Origin: Desulfatiglandales bacterium
Lineage (GTDB): Bacteria > Desulfobacterota > DSM-4660 > Desulfatiglandales > Desulfatiglandaceae
Reading direction: 5' to 3'
Assembly (NCBI GenBank): GCA_963662465.1
Contig: OY759599.1
Location: 2,784,001 to 2,848,000 of the forward strand
DNA length: 64,000 bases
Shown: piece by piece, positions 62,447 to 64,000 of the stretch
Layout of the letters: the number at the start of each line of letters is the position of its first letter
How positions within the stretch are numbered: the stretch's first letter is position 1
Made by a program: the position numbers and the translations under genes
The notes under the pieces: generated by a model
What the model was told of the DNA's origin: nothing
The model's database searches: none
What the model saw: the letters and a program-made list of their open reading frames with translations, nothing else

Positions 62447-63288
62447 GGCAAAGCTTAGTTAATTCCAAGCACCGCTGCGTTTTGTTGTCAGCCGAAATTT
62501 TGGGCGGGTGGTGATTACGCTGCAGAAAATTGAAATATCAAAAAAATGTTCCATATGGTGATTAATTGAGTTATATGAAATCCTCGAACATGTCAAAAGC
62601 AAGAGGTATGGTTTTCAATATTGGGAAATATGACTGCGGATACCGAACCTGATTGATGTCCTGCCTGGCACAATATGTGGGGGTTGATCAGTTTTCGGTT
62701 CATTCCAACTCAGGTCAATGATTCGTGCATAAGCCCAGCATAGCAGATCCGCTAAATCCATGCAAGACTGCCAGATCAACTGTTCACTTTTTACATGGAA
62801 AATCAGGCAGATGGTTTATATAGGAAGTCTTCACTTTTGGATTAACAATCTGAAAAGGGCGCGACCACTAGATATAGTGGTCTCAAACATTTGCCGAAAG
62901 CGATTTTCAAATATGGACCGGATGCAATATGTGGCACGTATATCAACACTTTAGCCATCTGATGTATGTTGGAGATATACCCAGCTGGTGTCATCCAAAA
63001 AACGGTCAGTTTCATGCATCGATCGGCACCCATTTCGCTCCCCTACCGATGATGATATCACAAACATTCGACCGCGAGAAATCGTTTGAGATATCGATTC
63101 AGACAAATAGTGGAGTTCACCTCATGGGACATACAAATCATTATATTTGCTTCAGGGCAAGACAAAACTGGTGGGGAGGTGGTAACCTCGTGCCAGAAGC
63201 CACCTGACGATTTTACTTAATTGGCGACAGGCCAATCCTGCCATCAAAAGGACCGTGTAATCCGTAACCGTCCCTCCCCATATTGGTA

Positions 63289-64000
63289 TTATGGTTTTAC
63301 AGTTAGCATCTGCAATATAAGCGACCCTTTTGGTGCTTTGGGTGCCTTACGCAAAGTTGTAGCGCCGGTCGAGCTTCCAATTAGCGTCAGTGATTTGTCT
63401 GCACTCAGGGTGATGTTTTCATCGTAAGTTCCAGCGGCAATCATTATCACTGATCCGGTGCTGGCTGCATTCACTGCCGCTTGGATTGTAAAATAACAGG
63501 GCTTTTTGCCCCCACAATTTCCATTAGCGCTTACGTAAAGTGTTGATGTGTAGGTTTTGTTTATGACAAGATTGTTCGGCGCTGCATAGGTGTCATGTGC
63601 AACTGAAACTGATCCATCAGCGTTGGAAAGTACGTGTTCTGAATTGACCAGCGAACGCTTATCCCTGTCTGCAAAGCCCACATCATAATTCCCGGGCGCC
63701 ACTTCAGATCCAATGTAGAGATCCAGCGTAAGGAGGACGCCGCTTGAGGCGCTGAAAACACCAGTGTCTGAGTAGGCAATCACTGTCCCGGAAGGGCCGT
63801 GGCTGTTGATTGTAAAGCCAGTGGACAACAATGCGCCTCGGGTGACGCCGCTCAATGTCACCCCTTCGGGCAACACGATTTTCGCGGTGACGCCCGCGTA
63901 GTTTTCCGTACCACCTGAAAGGCTGAGTGCCATTGAAGCTGTACCACCCGTCTGTCCGGTTGCCGAACCGAGGGATAGTCGAGGCTGAGCGCTGGCGAGT
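63289..64000 (-). CDS. Cohesin-like domain protein with a C-terminal CGGKxPC domain (5' end outside the window)
   Basis: LSLGSATGQTGGTASMALSL..GVLLTLDL..APGNYDV cohesin-like beta pattern, then YVSANGNCGGKKPCYFTIQAAV. Confidence 0.7.
   Translation of the reverse strand, partial: LASAQPRLSLGSATGQTGGTASMALSLSGGTENYAGVTAKIVLPEGVTLSGVTRGALLSTGFTINSHGPSGTVIAYSDTGVFSASSGVLLTLDLYIGSEVAPGNYDVGFADRDKRSLVNSEHVLSNADGSVSVAHDTYAAPNNLVINKTYTSTLYVSANGNCGGKKPCYFTIQAAVNAASTGSVIMIAAGTYDENITLSADKSLTLIGSSTGATTLRKAPKAPKGSLILQMLTVKP

Overview
Bacterial chromosomal window. Gene order and protein style suggest an anaerobic Desulfobacterota-type deltaproteobacterium (inference). Layout: (1) 1-2.2 kb: DUF1566-type gene start, a RAYT transposase with seven REP hairpins, and an Rpn/YhgA nuclease with an intragenic second start. 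(2) 2.4-14.1 kb: housekeeping genes (EndoQ-like, DHH, mgtE, uvrC, hisD), a GcvH/LbpA-like + lipoate ligase + LipS2-like lipoylation module, tRNA-Lys and tRNA-Glu. (3) 14.1-19.7 kb: a decayed island after tRNA-Glu made of gene fragments, a BrnT/BrnA pair with attC-like ends and an AAA/DUF4143 ATPase. (4) 19.8-30.1 kb: a tandem duplication of a signal-peptide RHS/YD protein plus a small secreted YD-repeat partner. The two RHS copies have variable N-terminal heads but almost identical C-terminal tips, the reverse of classical RHS toxins, and the partner ends in a C-terminal domain shared with a cohesin protein at 63-64 kb. (5) 30.5-37.2 kb: an uncharacterised cluster of two radical SAM enzymes, two ketosynthases, two thioesterases and a stand-alone PKS dehydratase, attached to (6) the yceD-rpmF-plsX-fabG-acpP-fabF-rpiB-glyA-nrdR-ribD block and gltX. 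(7) 48-64 kb: a second accessory region with an IS, integrase and IS91 relics, ImmA/IrrE, a SLOG protein, an S41 peptidase, a class III cyclase and a CNNM protein. Best candidates for an undescribed system: the RHS + YD/C-terminal-domain module and the radical-SAM/ketosynthase lipid cluster. All family calls come from motif recognition by eye, not database searches.
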